This document shows, in pieces, positions 10,838-23,570 of a DNA stretch of 32,837 nt. The first letter of the stretch is position 1, and every line of letters begins with the position of its first letter. The position numbers and the translations under genes were made by a program. The notes under the pieces were generated by a model, which saw only the letters and a program-made list of their open reading frames with translations, was not told where the DNA came from and did no database searches. This DNA is from Basidioascus undulatus. Its lineage: Eukaryota. The stretch covers positions 1 through 32,837 of the forward strand of contig JTLS01000088.1 of the NCBI GenBank assembly GCA_000826855.1. The letters run 5' to 3'.

Positions 10838-13185
10838 CTAATCGTCGAGCGTCATCCTGCCCCCCTGGGATGGTTTTCGTCCACCGTGGCTGCCCGAGTG
10901 GTAGGTGCTGCTCGAGTACTCGCTCGGTTTGGGGCCGAGAAGATCTGGCCGTTGGCTGCCGTACGGCGAGGGGAACGGCGGGACGACCGGCTGCGCGTAG
11001 GGATTTTGTTGCGCGTAGGGGCTGGGCTGCGTGCCGTACGGGTTGTAGGGCGCGTAGGCGGAGGTGGGGATGGACGAGTCCCAGGCGTCGAGCTCGGCGG
11101 ACTGCTGCGCGGAGTCGACGTCTTTACCTTCTCGACGGTTGAGGAGACCGGCTATCGTCAGATCGACTGAAAGGGTGCGAAGTCGCGCGTTGAAGGGAGG
11201 GGTACCAAGGGACTCACCGCCATGAGCGCGGAGGAGGCCGTAACCGAAGTTAAAGTCTGCAGAGAAGTGAGATCACCGGGATTCCCGTAGAAGAACGCGA
11301 GGAAAGGACGAGGCGCTCACAGCACTTGAAGCCCATGCCGATCGTGATGACCAAGAGGACGATGGAGATCGCCGCTGTGAGCCGCCGCGCCACGTCAGCT
11401 GGCATACCCTATTGCGAGAGGTCGAGCGTCAAGGCAAACGCACAAAAGATGGTGAGCGACCGGCTGGTCGTGACATAGAGGTGATGAGTCGCGGGCGCCC
11501 AAATGCGCGTGAGCTCTGCAGGCAGCGTCGGTGTCAGCGTCTTGAGCATCGCCTGCAAGAGGACAGCCACAGACGCACTGAAGACGAAGTAAGCCAAGCC
11601 GGCCAGGCAGACGATGAGGCAGAGGAGAAGCAGCCTGCACCCCCATGCGTCTCTGGTCAGCAGCGTGGCTCGGTGCCCCGGAGCCGCAGGCCTGAAGAAA
11701 GCGGCGCACCATCGCAACTCTCTCCGGACTGCCCAGACGGCCACAAGGAGGATGAGGAACGCCGCGGGCACGCCGGCGATTGTGAGGCCGAACTCGGTCT
11801 CGGCGTCGGAGAGGACGAGGAAGAGGAACTGCATGCTGAAGCCGACGAAGAAGACTGACGTTGCACACCCCACTCAATAGAGTCAGCGAAGTAGCTTGGG
11901 AAGTAGGACGAAGCGGAGAGACGCACAGAAATCGAACTTCAGCAGGCACACGAAGATGCTGTATTCCCTCCACATCCTGCGCATCTTGATGTCGGCGCCG
12001 ACAATGTGGAACACTGCACCGCACCAACCACATCAGTGCCGCGCCTCTCCGCCTCTCCCGAGCCATGCGCATACGCACCTTCCCACCCGAGCTCCTTGTA
12101 GAGCTTCCACGTCAGTGCGGCGAGCACGACGAGGGTGACGCCGATCACGCATGGGAGCACGACCACGATGGGGTGCACGACCCGCCACGCGTCCGCGCCG
12201 CAAGGGAGGTTCTTTTCGATGCACCGCAGGAGCTCGGGCGCCGCGGGCCCGATCGCCTCGTTCGCCTGCGGTATTTGCAGCCCGGCCTGGAGGACCATCG
12301 CGGCTTGGAAGACTGAAGAACGGGATCGAGAGATGCGATAGAGCGTTCGACGAGGGAGAAATCGAGGTCGTTCGACGAGGGAGAGGTCGAGGTTAGTTCG
12401 GAAAGAAAAGGAACAACGTCAGTAGCCCGACTTTGAGTTGTTAAGAAGCTGGCTGAGGAGAGCACGACGCACTGCAGATTCCCGTCAACTGCACGATGTT
12501 TCGATTCCACAGCGCGTCCACTGTCATGATCTCTGCAAAGACCTGCAAGACCTCAGTCTCTTCAGTACTCTCTCATATTGTCTAAACGAATCAATGGGGG
12601 ACTTGACGCACCATGGCTAAGATGAAGATGGCAAGGTAGACCGGGAAGCTCTTTAATCGGCTCCGGACGTCCGGAGCGTCAGTGCCATAGAGATTGCCGG
12701 TTTGCTCCCATACTATGGCGAAGACTATAGATACAAGCGCGCTGAAGATGAGGGAGGAAAAAGTCAGTTGACAGCTTCATCTCTCGGGAAAGGAGCTGGC
12801 TGGATGCAGGAAATCGCGTCCGGTTGGCATGGGCATGGGCGAGCTGCCACTGGAACCAATCGATCAGGGATGTCCACGCCATAGTCCACCTCTATCGTGG
12901 GCGAAAGATCAATCTGAAAGTGCTCGCAGTCGCCTGATCCCAACCGAGGACATCACTCCAAGCTCGCCATCCCAGCCGTGCCCCCGCCATGTCCGCTTTT
13001 CCCCAAGCCCGCTCCCACCGCTTGACTCCTATCTCCCCAAGGCCCATTCCGGCTTCCAGAGCAATGATCGATCCTACTCACATGGCTGCGAGTGCCTCGA
13101 ATGTAACGGTGCCCAGAAAGGCAGCCTGATATCGGCTGCGGAGGATCCCCCGGAAACCCTTCGAGGTTGGCTTCTCGGCGGCCAT
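10838..13185 (-). CDS. UPF0658 family multi-pass (Golgi) membrane protein, about 11 exons
   Basis: Spliced product: MAAEKPTSKG...FPVYLAIFILAMVFAEIMTVDALWNRNIVQLTGI...LYKELGWEVFHIVGADIKMRRMWREYSIFVCLLKFDFFFFVGFSMQF...TEFGLTIAG...AVRRE...NFGYGL...GRMTLDD*. These motifs are typical of fungal UPF0658 proteins. All introns are GT-AG. Confidence 0.9.
12344..12393. repeat. 25-bp tandem duplication inside an intron
   Basis: cgttcgacgagggagaaatcgaggt followed by cgttcgacgagggagaggtcgaggt (2 mismatches). Confidence 0.85.
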
Positions 13186-13674
13186 GCGATGCGGTATGAG
13201 CAGGATCAGCTCCTGGAGGCTGGGTATCGGTATGCAGAAGAGAGAGAAGAGTGAGTTGGAAAGAGCGGGTGAGCTGCTGCGGCTGGCTTGCGCGAAGGAG
13301 AAAGACAAGAGACAAGTTGCGGCGTCAAAGGCAAGACGAGGGGGTGAGCGCGCGCAACCCTGCGGCGGACTTGCACGAGCACCGCCACGGCAGCGCCGGT
13401 TAACGAAGAGCACAGCACCTTCGAGAGCTGCTATTCTATGGTAGGAACAGCATCAATTATAATCCCACAGAGGGTTTATAGTGCAGTCTGTTTCTCAGTG
13501 GATGTGCTTTGCTTTTCCTTTGGCAGAGCGTCCTGGCTTTTGTCCTTGACAGTGACACGTGATCGCGGTTTATGCAGAGCTCTCACAGTTAACGTCTGTA
13601 ATCTGTAATCTCACGACCACATTCAGCTGAGTCGATACATCTGGTCAGAGGCTTTTCGTCGGCTCGAGTAGTCT

Positions 13675-14712
13675 TTATAAGTTCATCAAATACCTACAGT
13701 GCGCCCACTTGAGGAAGGTGACGCGGGCCAACCCCGAATGCAACATCCATTTGAAGGCAGTGCTACCTTCTGGGATCTTCCGACTATACGATCGGTATTC
13801 GAATCGAGTATGAAAAAGGATCATGACAGCTCTATAGTGGTACTGTGATAGAGAGTAATGAGCGGGAATCACGGCATGGAGTACATCGAAGATCGCCCTT
13901 CGCTGCAAAGAGTGGGGCTCACGCATGCTTACCTGCAATCCGTCCTAGGGGGCCACTCATGTGTGAAAGATATCCTTTAATCAGGGTGGGGAATAGTCAA
14001 TCCCTGTTCAAAGGCAGGCCTTGAGAACCGAAGAGATCAGTGTCATGTCCTTGTGGCCCGACCTCATTGTGTAAACGTGAGCTTTATAGCGTTCTGAGTG
14101 TGGGTGCATGACCATTTCTAAGTGGTTGACTTCTGGACATCGTGTCTACTTCATCTCTATTCCCGGTCTGAAGGTGAAAGGTGAGTGCGTGCCAGCACTT
14201 CTTCCACTGGCAAATGAAGGATCTTGAATGACCACCTCAGCGTCCTTTGGCAGTCAGGGCTCCGCCTCCTGAAGCTGACATTTCTCGAGCGAGTTTTTTA
14301 ACCTCATGTGGAGATTCTTTAAGCCTGGCCCCTGGAGAAATGTACGCTCCAAGATGTGCATGCGTGCTTTCGTGCATGCGGCCTCGGGCCATCCAATCCT
14401 AGAGTCGCCAATTTCTGGAACAACGGCTTGCCATTACTGAAGTAAATTTCAGAAAAATAGACTCTAGTCTCGTTCAGCGTGAGGACCTGACCCACAGGGG
14501 CAAAAACCAGAAGAAGTGATGCAAACTCACTTCCTCGAGCAGCCCCTTCGTTGTGCATGCGTCCGAGTGAGTTGTGTATAAAATTCGTTCTGTGGGAATA
14601 CGGGCTTCATTGGAGCTGATCCTTCATCATATTTGACTTTTATACGTGCAGTTGAGCCCAACCAGAGTCCTGACGGACCCAGCGGCGCAGTCCTATGTCC
14701 ATGCTTGATCAC
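13675..14712 (-). pseudogene. Degraded spliced-gene remnant of unknown family
   Basis: Protein-like pieces with splice-like signals (GTAAGC...TTGCAG near 13935-13900; QVLTLNETRVYFSEIYFSNGKPLFQKL; RRAIFDVLHAVIPAHYSLSQYHYRAVMILF), interrupted by stops. Confidence 0.25.
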
Positions 14713-14811
14713 CTTGTGTCATTATATGTTCGAGTCTCTAGTATGCAGAGTAAATGGATTATTTATGTGCAAATGACCTCAACTAATCGTCCTTCGCCGG
14801 CCGCTGAGGCT

Positions 14812-15839
14812 TTAGCACCTGATCCCATACGACTCAGGCCCCTCCCGCCCCGGCGTGCTATTATTTGGCGGAGGATACGACGGCGATATGTGCAGCTGTA
14901 CATAACTGATGAGCAAGACGACCGGAAGAGTCTGGTCAAGTACAAAACACACCTCGGCTCGAGGCGCTGAACGAGCTTCCGCGGCCTTCAGCATGCGAGA
15001 CGCCGTGCGGCAGCGGCTGAAGTTGGCGCGGACGGCGAGAGCTTTGGCGACGAGAGTCCATCCAGCGATCGTCGGAAGGGTGTAGTGGAGCCGGGAGATG
15101 CCGCCTCGGGTGTAGATCGTGATCGCTGTCTCCCAAACGTGGTGGGACGGGAAAAAGTAGGAGACCCGGTAGAAGGGGTGGATGAGTTCTTGCGACGATG
15201 GTGGAAGCCACTAAAGCAGAAAAAGCGGAAAAAGCGGATACAGTCAGAGCTGTATGAAGATTGACCGCCGGTTGCAATGAAACCGCAACTCACCGTTCAT
15301 GAGAATCCAGCTGAGCATGAAGAACGGCATGAAGTTAATGGGTACGTAGCCGGTGAAAACGTCTATTAGGTCGAATTGCAGCATGTTGTTGAACCTTCAG
15401 ACAAAAGAATGAGATGTAAGTTGACGGCTAGCGGTAACATGGGAAGCATTCGGCACGCACCAGTACAAAGTCCAGAGCGCGAAGAAGCTCTTAGACGGCA
15501 AGGGATAGCCTTCGTTGAAGGTGTAGAACCAGGAGACGGAAAGCAGAGAGTTGACCAGGGGCCAAAGGCACCTGATAAGCAATCTATAGCGGACGTGGAT
15601 CGAGATGCCCATTCTGGCGTAGAGCTGGAAATCCCGTTCCACGCCAGGATGAAGCTGTAGGGAATGAAGCAACACACGAAGCTGTTAGCAAGTAGGGCGG
15701 TCGAATGAGTGAATGGAATACGCAACAAGAATTGCAGAAGAATAGGCAGGGCAGTGCCGACAGTATTGAGAAGAACGCGAATGCCGAAGCAGAGCGAACC
15801 TCGAACGCGTGGCAGCGTGGCAGCAGCGGGAACGTTACC
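14812..15839 (-). pseudogene. SNG1/DUF3533-like (nitrosoguanidine resistance family) membrane protein; 3' half only; frameshifted
   Basis: GIRVLLNTVGTALPILLQFL|FILAWNG../QLY...FFALWTLYW|...IDVFTGYVPINFMPFFMLSWILMN|VASTIV/QELIHPFYRVSYFFPSHHVWE...RLHYTLP. Frameshifts near 15630 and 15192. Introns are retained and the N-terminal half is absent. Confidence 0.8.
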
Positions 15840-15944
15840 CTGTACAGCCAAGCAGAAGAAAAGAGAAAGCTGAGAAAACCAACATTGAGCAAGACACAGT
15901 AAGCCAGCTTGTGGATAAATGCAGCAGCGATCACGACGTCGAAC

Positions 15945-16410
15945 TGCTGCAGTTCGGCGAGGATGTCCCCTTTCCTGCTAGCGCTCGACGCGCAGCAAAA
16001 GCGATCGAGGGTCTCGACGTAGATTGAATGCAGCCTCGTAGTAAAGTGGACCATCGGTGTAGTCCTCTGAGCCTCCGTTACGACTACAAATGAGAGCGGG
16101 GGCTTGGTCTTGCCGGACGAGCCCTTTGGAGACAGGTCCGCGAGACGAAGCTCGAAGTGCGCATGAATTCGCTCCAGCAGCTTGCGCTAGAGACCGTCGG
16201 TCCGGAGCGGAGGGATCTTTCAATCCGCATTCTCCCAAGTGTAGTTCGTGTACGGGGGAAGAAAGAGGCCGCGAAGCGCTGCGAAGCCGGGGTCGGGATC
16301 GAGGAGCATTCGCCACACGCGCTCGACGATGACCGGGATGCGCGAGGCGAACGGAGCGAAGCCGGTAGAAGATTTAGCGAGATTTTGTCGTATAGTTCAA
16401 GATCCTTCAG
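15945..16410 (-). pseudogene. Unidentified soluble-protein remnant with nonsense codons
   Basis: SRIPVIVERVWRMLLDPDPGFAALRGLFLPPYTNYTWENAD*KIPPLRTDGL*RKLLERIHAHFELRL, with stops at 16220-16222 and 16187-16189, plus frameshifts. Confidence 0.5.
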
Positions 16411-17769
16411 AGAGCAAGGTAAGTGTGAGGGTTTCTGATGGGTGAGAGTGGAACGAGTTGAAGTGGTCAGTGTGGCGAGTGGACAACAGGCGAACTTGCA
16501 AGTGGCGCGCTTCGGAGCCGACACGGACGCTCCGCTCTTATCCTGTTTTGTTTATGGATCAAAATGTCTTCGCTGGCTTCTGAAGCTGTAAATTTAGGGC
16601 ATCCTTGGACATCCCCTATGTGCTGGACACGGTCGTGTCGCCCATCCGAAACGCTGCAGACAACTCGCCGCGCGCTATGCACAGTTGTGGACCGTTTGCC
16701 ACTAGTTGGCTGACCGGTACGGATCAGCGTCTGACTGATGTGAAGGTCCTAGATATCCGCGGAGCCCTGACATCTTAATAAGGTGTGCGATGAGATTACC
16801 AGATAACGGGTGGCTCATTTTGCACTGCAGCTCCGTGGCTTATCGCCATCTTGACTCCGACTCAATTGCTCCATGCTCGATTCACTTTTAACCTTCATAA
16901 CCGTCGAAACCTACACTGTAATACCGCCCTTGTCTTCAAGGAGCAACCAAATCTTTCCAGACAGAGGAGCGGTGAGCGAGCAGAATGTCAGACCGCCGCA
17001 ATGCCTGCAGGGACGATTGCACATGTCCTAATAGTGAAACGAACGGCTTTTCTGCCGCGCACCGGCAGATATTGGGAAAGGAGAATGATTACCTTCCTCA
17101 TGGCCAATTAAATCATTGGTCTCAAAGGGACATCTGGCACTACAAGTAACGGCCCGCTGGACACGGATCCCGGTCTCAAGGTCAAGGCTTCCGCTGCGCG
17201 TACGAAAATTGCATGTGGAACGGGTAATCTGGAGAGGAAGAATGAGACAGGGAGGTGCCATGTTTGATAATAAACGACAAGAGACCAGGAGGATGGCAAT
17301 TAGAGCGTCCAGGCGGAGTCGTCCGACCGCCACATATGATGTGCCAGTCGATGCTTCCTTCCGCACGCCGACTTGAATGGCACAAAAACACTCGTGTTTG
17401 CTCAGACCCCTTCTACACGTGTTTCACCCTGCGACGGTTTCGACTGCACGATCATGACTGCCGAGGCGCTCCGGCGTGGCTGTGGTGTGAGATGCCTACA
17501 CCTGACATTAGCGTTTAACGGACCAATGTCATCAAAGTTCAATGCACGGCTTCATTGAAATTGAGTCATACAGCCACCAGTCACGTCAAGCAGTGCTACA
17601 AATCCGAAAAGGGATGCAGTCGTGGAAACGAACCGGACAGAAGCCGATAGTACAGAGTGTACAAAGAAGACGTCAAGCTGCGTAGATGGAAATAGTAAAC
17701 ATGAATGAGCACTCGGCGCGAGAACGAGAGCAGGATTAGCGGCATATCTATCATCGCGCGCCGTGGGGA

Positions 17770-18999
17770 TTAGAATCTGCGCAGGTCGCGGGGGAAGGAG
17801 GGTAAGTAAGCGCCTCAAAAGCCCCATCTGAGATGCAAACAAGTGAACGTACTGGTGCCATTCCTCCTCTCCCGTCCTCTTGGCTGGCCCATTGCCCGCG
17901 GCGGCAGTGCTGCTCCGGCCATAACGACCGCCGACGGCGTCCTCCGGCCCCTCGTTCGTCCCGTCCTCGCTCACGCTCTCCGCGTGGTACCCGCGGTTGT
18001 TCCTCCGCTCCCATTGGCCCTCGTCCTCCTCCCGCGCGCGCCGACTCCGCTCCCACCGGTCCGCCTTCTTCGCGCCCCCGCCGCCCGACCCGAGGCCGAA
18101 GAAGCCGCCCTTCTTCCGGGGCACGGGGTCGTCGTACCGCTGCGGCTCGGGGGTCGGGTCGGGATTGTAGTACTCGGTCACGAAAGAGTCACCGGAACGG
18201 GGCGCTGCGGGGCGGGAGGTCGCGGGCAGGCTGTCCGTGGACGCCGCGGCGCCGGAGATGCGCGAGGGGTCGGAAGGGTCCCACGACCGCGAGGGGTCGT
18301 CGTCCCAGGTCGAGTGCGCGTTGCGCTCCTCGTAACGGTGCTTCCACTGCCGCTTACGCGCGCGACGATCGAACCTGAATGCAGCGGAGAGAACCCAGTT
18401 AGTCCCGCCCCATCGCCTGCGTGTCGGTGGGGGACGACGCACTCCTCCGTGTCGACGAGCTTGTATCGGATCGCCCATTTGGGTGTTCTTGAGGCGTTCT
18501 TGTTATTACGGATGTTTTGAATGTAGAAGTTGTAGATTTGGCCTGGGGGAGTGCGGGGTGAGCTTCACGTGTTCGGCTTAGATTGAGCTCGATAGGAGGG
18601 CAAGGGACGAACCGGGGATCCAGCCGCAGAGTGTGAGGACGAGGGTGATGAAGAAGTCCTTCCCTATGCCTGTACCAAAGCTTGAAAGATGAGCACGGTG
18701 GAGATCCTCGTTATCGGCGGAATGCCAGCTCACCAAAGCGCACGGCGGCACCTGAAGCGACCGTTCCACCGGTCAGCTTCCCATCTCTCGCCCTCATCCG
18801 CCAAGCAGTCAAATAACGCACCAAATGGGGGAAAGATGAACCCGCAGAGCCAGATGAAGAACGCATAGCTGCACCGCCATCGCCTCTATCAGCCCCGACC
18901 GACTTCCCATTCATCGCGGGGCGCAGGCACGCACAAGTGCCATTTCTTGGGCTCGAGCGGACCCTTGTAGCGCTTTGAGCCGGCTCGCCTGCGTGCCAT
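17770..18999 (-). CDS. Pmp3/UPF0057 proteolipid-domain protein with a long hydrophilic C-terminal tail, 7 exons
   Basis: Spliced product: MARRRAGSKRYKGPLEPKKWHFYAFFIWLCGFIFPPFGAAVRFGIGKDFFITLVLTLCGWIPGQIYNFYIQNIRNNKNASRTPKWAIRYKLVD...WHQF*. Includes an 18-nt exon (18734-18751) and a 7-nt terminal coding exon (17770-17776). Confidence 0.88.
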
Positions 19000-19661
19000 G
19001 GCGTATGGCTGCGTATGCGGGCTGTGAATTGCTGGTTTGGGATGCTATGGGCGATAGCGAGCAAGAGGTCCAGCGCAGCGGGGGTGATGAAGGGTGGGGG
19101 TCGAGGAGTGTCGGCGGCATCGCGGCCTTGCCGCGCGAGGGTCCGCGAAGCTGGGCTGGCGGCCGTCATATCAAGGCTCTCCAGGCCGGTGGTTGCCTGA
19201 GTTTCTTTCATGTCTCGACTGCCTTTTTTTTTTTTTGCACAAGCCAGTGTATACAGATTTAAGGGATACAAGATCCTGCAAGCAGCATCGCTGCGAGGTG
19301 GATTGGCCAGCCTGAGCTTGACGCTTTTCAAGGCACAACAATGCCTGGACTGCGGTGCCTGCTCACGTTCAGGAGAATGCCGCCGGTATTAAATTGATCG
19401 TTACACCAGCATTCATATACCGCAAAGTGATACACAATGCCTTTCCTTAATATTACATTCCAATATCAATTCGGTACTGTCAGAAGGGATAGACGAGCCT
19501 GACGAGCAGCAACACTCCAAACCTGACACTTCAAATCAACGCATCATTTTTGCTCGACCGTTGGCCGGGCATTTTCAGTTCAATCCATTCGATTACAGTA
19601 TCTCTTTATCCTTCTCAATGTCAAGTTTTGATCCGACATCTCTCCGTGGGCAGCTGGAAGT

Positions 19662-21050
19662 TTAGTGCTTGCCGTAGATGGCCTCGTGGCCAGCCTTGGT
19701 CGCAGGGCGAGCCTCTGCAGCAACATCACCATCAATCAGCTTCCAGAGCCCGAGCATCCAAGCTTGGCGGAATCTGTATACCGTTGCGCTCAGTCCACGC
19801 CTTGACGCGCGGATACTTGTTCAGGTCCTCGGTGAGACCACCGAAGTCGGTGGTACGGAGCCAGCCTGCACACAGTTCTCGTCAGCTGTCTGCCCGGGAT
19901 ACAACCTCCAAGTGAGAGATGGTTCTTACCGTGGAAGGAGATATCAGCGATGGTGTACGAGTTCCCGGCGATGAACTTCGAGCCCTTCGCCTGCAGCGAT
20001 GATGGCAGCGTGAGCCGACATCCCAGTTCACCGGGCGGGTAACCGTACCTCCTGCTGCTTGAGCTGCTCCCTATAGCAAGCAGGAGTTTCAGTACTATGT
20101 TTGAAACCATCTCGATCACATAGGACGACGTACTCAAGCACACCGCAAACACGGTTGAACTCGTTGCCTGGGAAGAAGGACCGTCGAGTGAGCGCCAGCC
20201 AAGTCGGCAGGGGTCGCGGCCGAACCACGTATGGTAGCGGTCGAGCATCGACTGCTGAGGCTTCTCGCCGGAAACCTTCTCGTGGTAGTGCTCTGAAGGT
20301 GGGGGGTAACGATTGAGCCAGGGTGTCGCTCGTTCTAACCCCAAGGGCTGCGGGACGTACTCATCCAGTTGACCATGCCCTGAACGGGACCGTGACCGGA
20401 AATCTGGAAAGCGACCCACTCTGCGCAATTGATGAATATTGACGCGGGTCAGCGAGCAATATGCGAGGACATGCAAGAGATTGTGCTCCTTACGCATCAC
20501 GGTCGACTTCTCCTCGACGGTGTTGCCGATGAACTGTGGCCCGTACTTCTCCGCAAGGCTGAGCGAGCGATGGTGAGAAGTTGTTCTGATAAAGACAAGG
20601 TAATAGGGAAACTCACTAGTAAAGGCAAGCAGCCGACTCCCAAACGACGAAGTCCCCGTTCTTGTGGCTGTGGGACCATCCCATGTCAACAACGGACGCC
20701 CCACTAAGATCACCGGTAAAAAAAAAAACATACTCAATCAATGCGGGAACACGGCCGTTCGGGTTGATCTTGAGAAAGTCCGCAGCTTTCACACCGTTAG
20801 GGCCCTCGCCGACTGCATACCATTCAAGCTCAGCGAGACAGTCACAGCACGAAGATCACAGCGCATCGAAGACTCACACTCCTTGAGCTTGACCTCGTAG
20901 CTGAGGCCGAGCTCAGAGAGGAAGAACGCAACTTCACCCCGCAACCCCTTCCATCAGCATCTACCCATTACCAGCTACGGGTACGTCGAACGTACCCTTG
21001 GGCGGGTTGGGACCGCCGAGGTGGCCGAAGAGGGTGAAGTCAGCGCCCAT
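19662..21050 (-). CDS. Glutathione S-transferase (Ure2p-like/fungal GST), 12 exons; intron 7 has a non-canonical AT donor
   Basis: MGADFTLFGHLGGPNPPKVAFFLSELGLSYE...FLKINPNGRVPALIDH...VWESAACLYYLAEKY...QWVAFQISGHGPVQG...FIAGNSYTIADISFHGW...YPRVKAWTERNEARPAT...KH*. Ten introns are GT-AG; one is ATACGT...CAG (20232-20168). Confidence 0.92.
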
Positions 21051-22949
21051 GTTGGTTCGTGGTTGAAGTTGGCGAGTGTGGGTGGTGTATAGAGGTTGGT
21101 GTTCAAGGAAGGCGTGTGCTGGCGAGAGAGAGGAAGGTCGGGACCGCTAGAGGCTGCGGCTGTTGCAGATCGCGACCGGTCAATGTGAGCGAGCAGCCGG
21201 TGGAGGCAGTTGTGTATGTAATTGTGTCCACTCGATGCCTCGCAGTTTTAGCATGCTGACCAAATGTGTTTATTATTGTATATTATTTTTCGAGTGTCAG
21301 CAAAAAAAACGCAGAAGACAACCCTTTGCTTTCAGTCAGCCAGCGTTCTCATGATCATGAGCTGGCAGCTGGGCAGTGCGCAAGATTGGCGGTCGGAGAG
21401 CCTTCTTGAACTTGTGCATGCATAGTCGCAGACCAGCGTCTGGAGCCTCATTATGCGCATGGAAATGGCCCGATCTGAAGATGTTGGGTCCATGAATCCA
21501 TTGGGAAGACGTGTTTGGTATGATTGACCAGTTACTATAGGCGACCTGATCAAATTCGACTCCAGCGAGCTCCCGGCACGGATAACAGGCAGAGGACGCA
21601 GGCCCGTTGTACGGTTGGAGGACATTATTTCAGCTGCCGGGGCGGACTAAAAAGCAGAAAATCACCCGGAAGATCATAAAATCTATGGTATCGACAGGCG
21701 GTTGCAGTTCCATTCCAGATGTGGGACTCGTTGCAGCATTGCAAGGAGGTTCGATAATTATGCCACTCCTTGGGCCCCAGCTTTTGTTAAGAACTCACTC
21801 TGCCTCTAATTCAGAGGCAATCCGCAGCATAGGGTTGAGTTCGATAACCCTTTCTGACTAGTATTTTTGCTCACGGCAGTGCGCAGGCCTTGTCGCTTTC
21901 AACTCAAGTGAAATGCACAACTCACAATTCCTGAGGCGGAGAGATGGCGATCAGAAGGCCCGCAAAAGAAGTCTTATGGTGTAATGCGGATTCTGCTGAG
22001 ATGCATACGCATAATTGGTGCTCTGCGGCTTCAACATATTCATTCTCCCTTCAGTCACCTCGGCCGAAAGCTGAGCCTGATCCCTCAGTCCAAAATCTCA
22101 GATGAACTGAACGGCTGGACTGAACCGAACATTGGGGCTTCGGTACCTTATTTTTTATCTTCGCGACCTTACAGTGTCTGCGCTTTTCGGCGGCGCGGTC
22201 TTCGCGTTCAGCGCTCAGCCTGGGCGCTGCGTTGCTTGCATCAGGGTGGCGCCGTCAGTACGAGTCAAGCCTGAAGTTCTGTTCTTTCTGTCAGTACTTA
22301 ATCAAACCCTGGGAGGAAATCCCACGTCTGCAGCGACTGCCGATTATGCTTACAACTGCGACAACTGTTCTGAGCATGGCCTAGCAAATGATCAACGCCA
22401 GACTGGGGTGTTCAGAAGATGTGGCTTTAAAAATGGAAACTCATTTAAAGGAACCGAGAGAGGTCGGGACCTCCAGTCCCAGCCTCGATGTCGTTGTCCG
22501 CCAGTGAGGGCGTACTGCCGTGCCTGACCGCTTGCCTGTTACGTTGACGCACAAACTAGTAACATGACACCCATCTTCACTATGGTATTGGCCCTCAACT
22601 ATACCTCATTGTATATCTCTGAAATCGCCCATGAAGCATGTGTTCGAAATTGCTGGTCCCATATTTTCGAACTTCGGCCATCGTCGAAAGCAGAGAACCG
22701 CAAGGGCGCAATTCAAACGAGCTGTTTCCCATTCTTCGGTTGTTTCAACACACCACGAAATGAATTTCGGACTACAAGAGCTCGGAAGCATCATCCACTT
22801 TGTGAGTGTTGCCCATACAGCTCGTGAGAAGCTTGCATGCCGCTCAGTGAAAAGGTCTGAAGAAGGAATCCTGCAAAGCAATCGCTTCATAAAGCGCCTT
22901 CTCACCAATCTCACCGAAATAAAACCTACACATGATAAGCATATTATCT

Positions 22950-23570
22950 GTTCCCGAGCGACCCCTCGAGCGTCCTGTGTCTATGAACGACTACAATTAT
23001 CTGGGACCACTGCGGCATACTAGAGCCCAGCTCTCCTTGCAAGGGCCTGTTTTTCGACCTTTGTCCTGGTGAAATCTGAATCGTTATTCGATGCCCAGAG
23101 CTTTCTCGCTTGGTGCTCTGTCGTCGTGCGCTCATCGAAATTGGTGCCTACTAAGGAACTTGGTGCCTACTAAGGAACTTGGAGCCATCTGTTCAGCGCC
23201 GCTATCCCACGCTCGCCCATATCATCTGAAGCTGCTCTTTTTCCTCAACTGCCTTCCCGAAGCAGAAGACCACACCGACGCAGCATTCAAAGAGCAGCGG
23301 GACTGGACGAGCTTCTGGCGGTGCACCGCACCCGCACGCCTGGCCTGTCTTTCAACATCGGGGGACCCCCAAAGTCTTTTCCACCCGGCAGCGCGTGCTA
23401 TGTGGAAAAGATTGAATGCCAGAGTCACTGCATTGGTCTCATCTGTGTGCAATGGTTTCGTTCTAATCATGTCTTTTAAGACCGACGCTTTCGAGTAGCA
23501 GAAAAGATCACTCACGCATCTTCTTCAAGTCCACGCAGCCATCATGTTGGGGGGCCCAACGCCTTCTACC
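22950..23570 (-). pseudogene. Decayed spliced-gene remnant, possibly the 3' part of the gene interrupted by the LINE
   Basis: ...DLKKM|GTGAGT...CACAG|HETNAVTLAFNLFHIARAAGWKRLWGSPDVERQARR..., later disrupted by stops and a 19-bp duplication. Confidence 0.35.
23141..23186. repeat. 19-bp tandem duplication (2 exact copies plus a partial third)
   Basis: ttggtgcctactaaggaac twice, then ttggagcc. Confidence 0.9.

Noticed and set aside
16700..17550. Short ORFs in the spacer
   Set aside because: No coherent splicing, motif or codon bias; may be old decayed sequence.
19790..20737. 315-aa - strand ORF
   Set aside because: Chance read-through of GST introns and exons in mixed frames; the spliced GST explains the region.
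21300..22940. Several 80-130-codon ORFs upstream of the GST
   Set aside because: No recognisable domain or consistent exon chain.
23141..23186. Direct repeats as a possible CRISPR-like array
   Set aside because: Adjacent tandem copies with no spacers, in a eukaryotic context.
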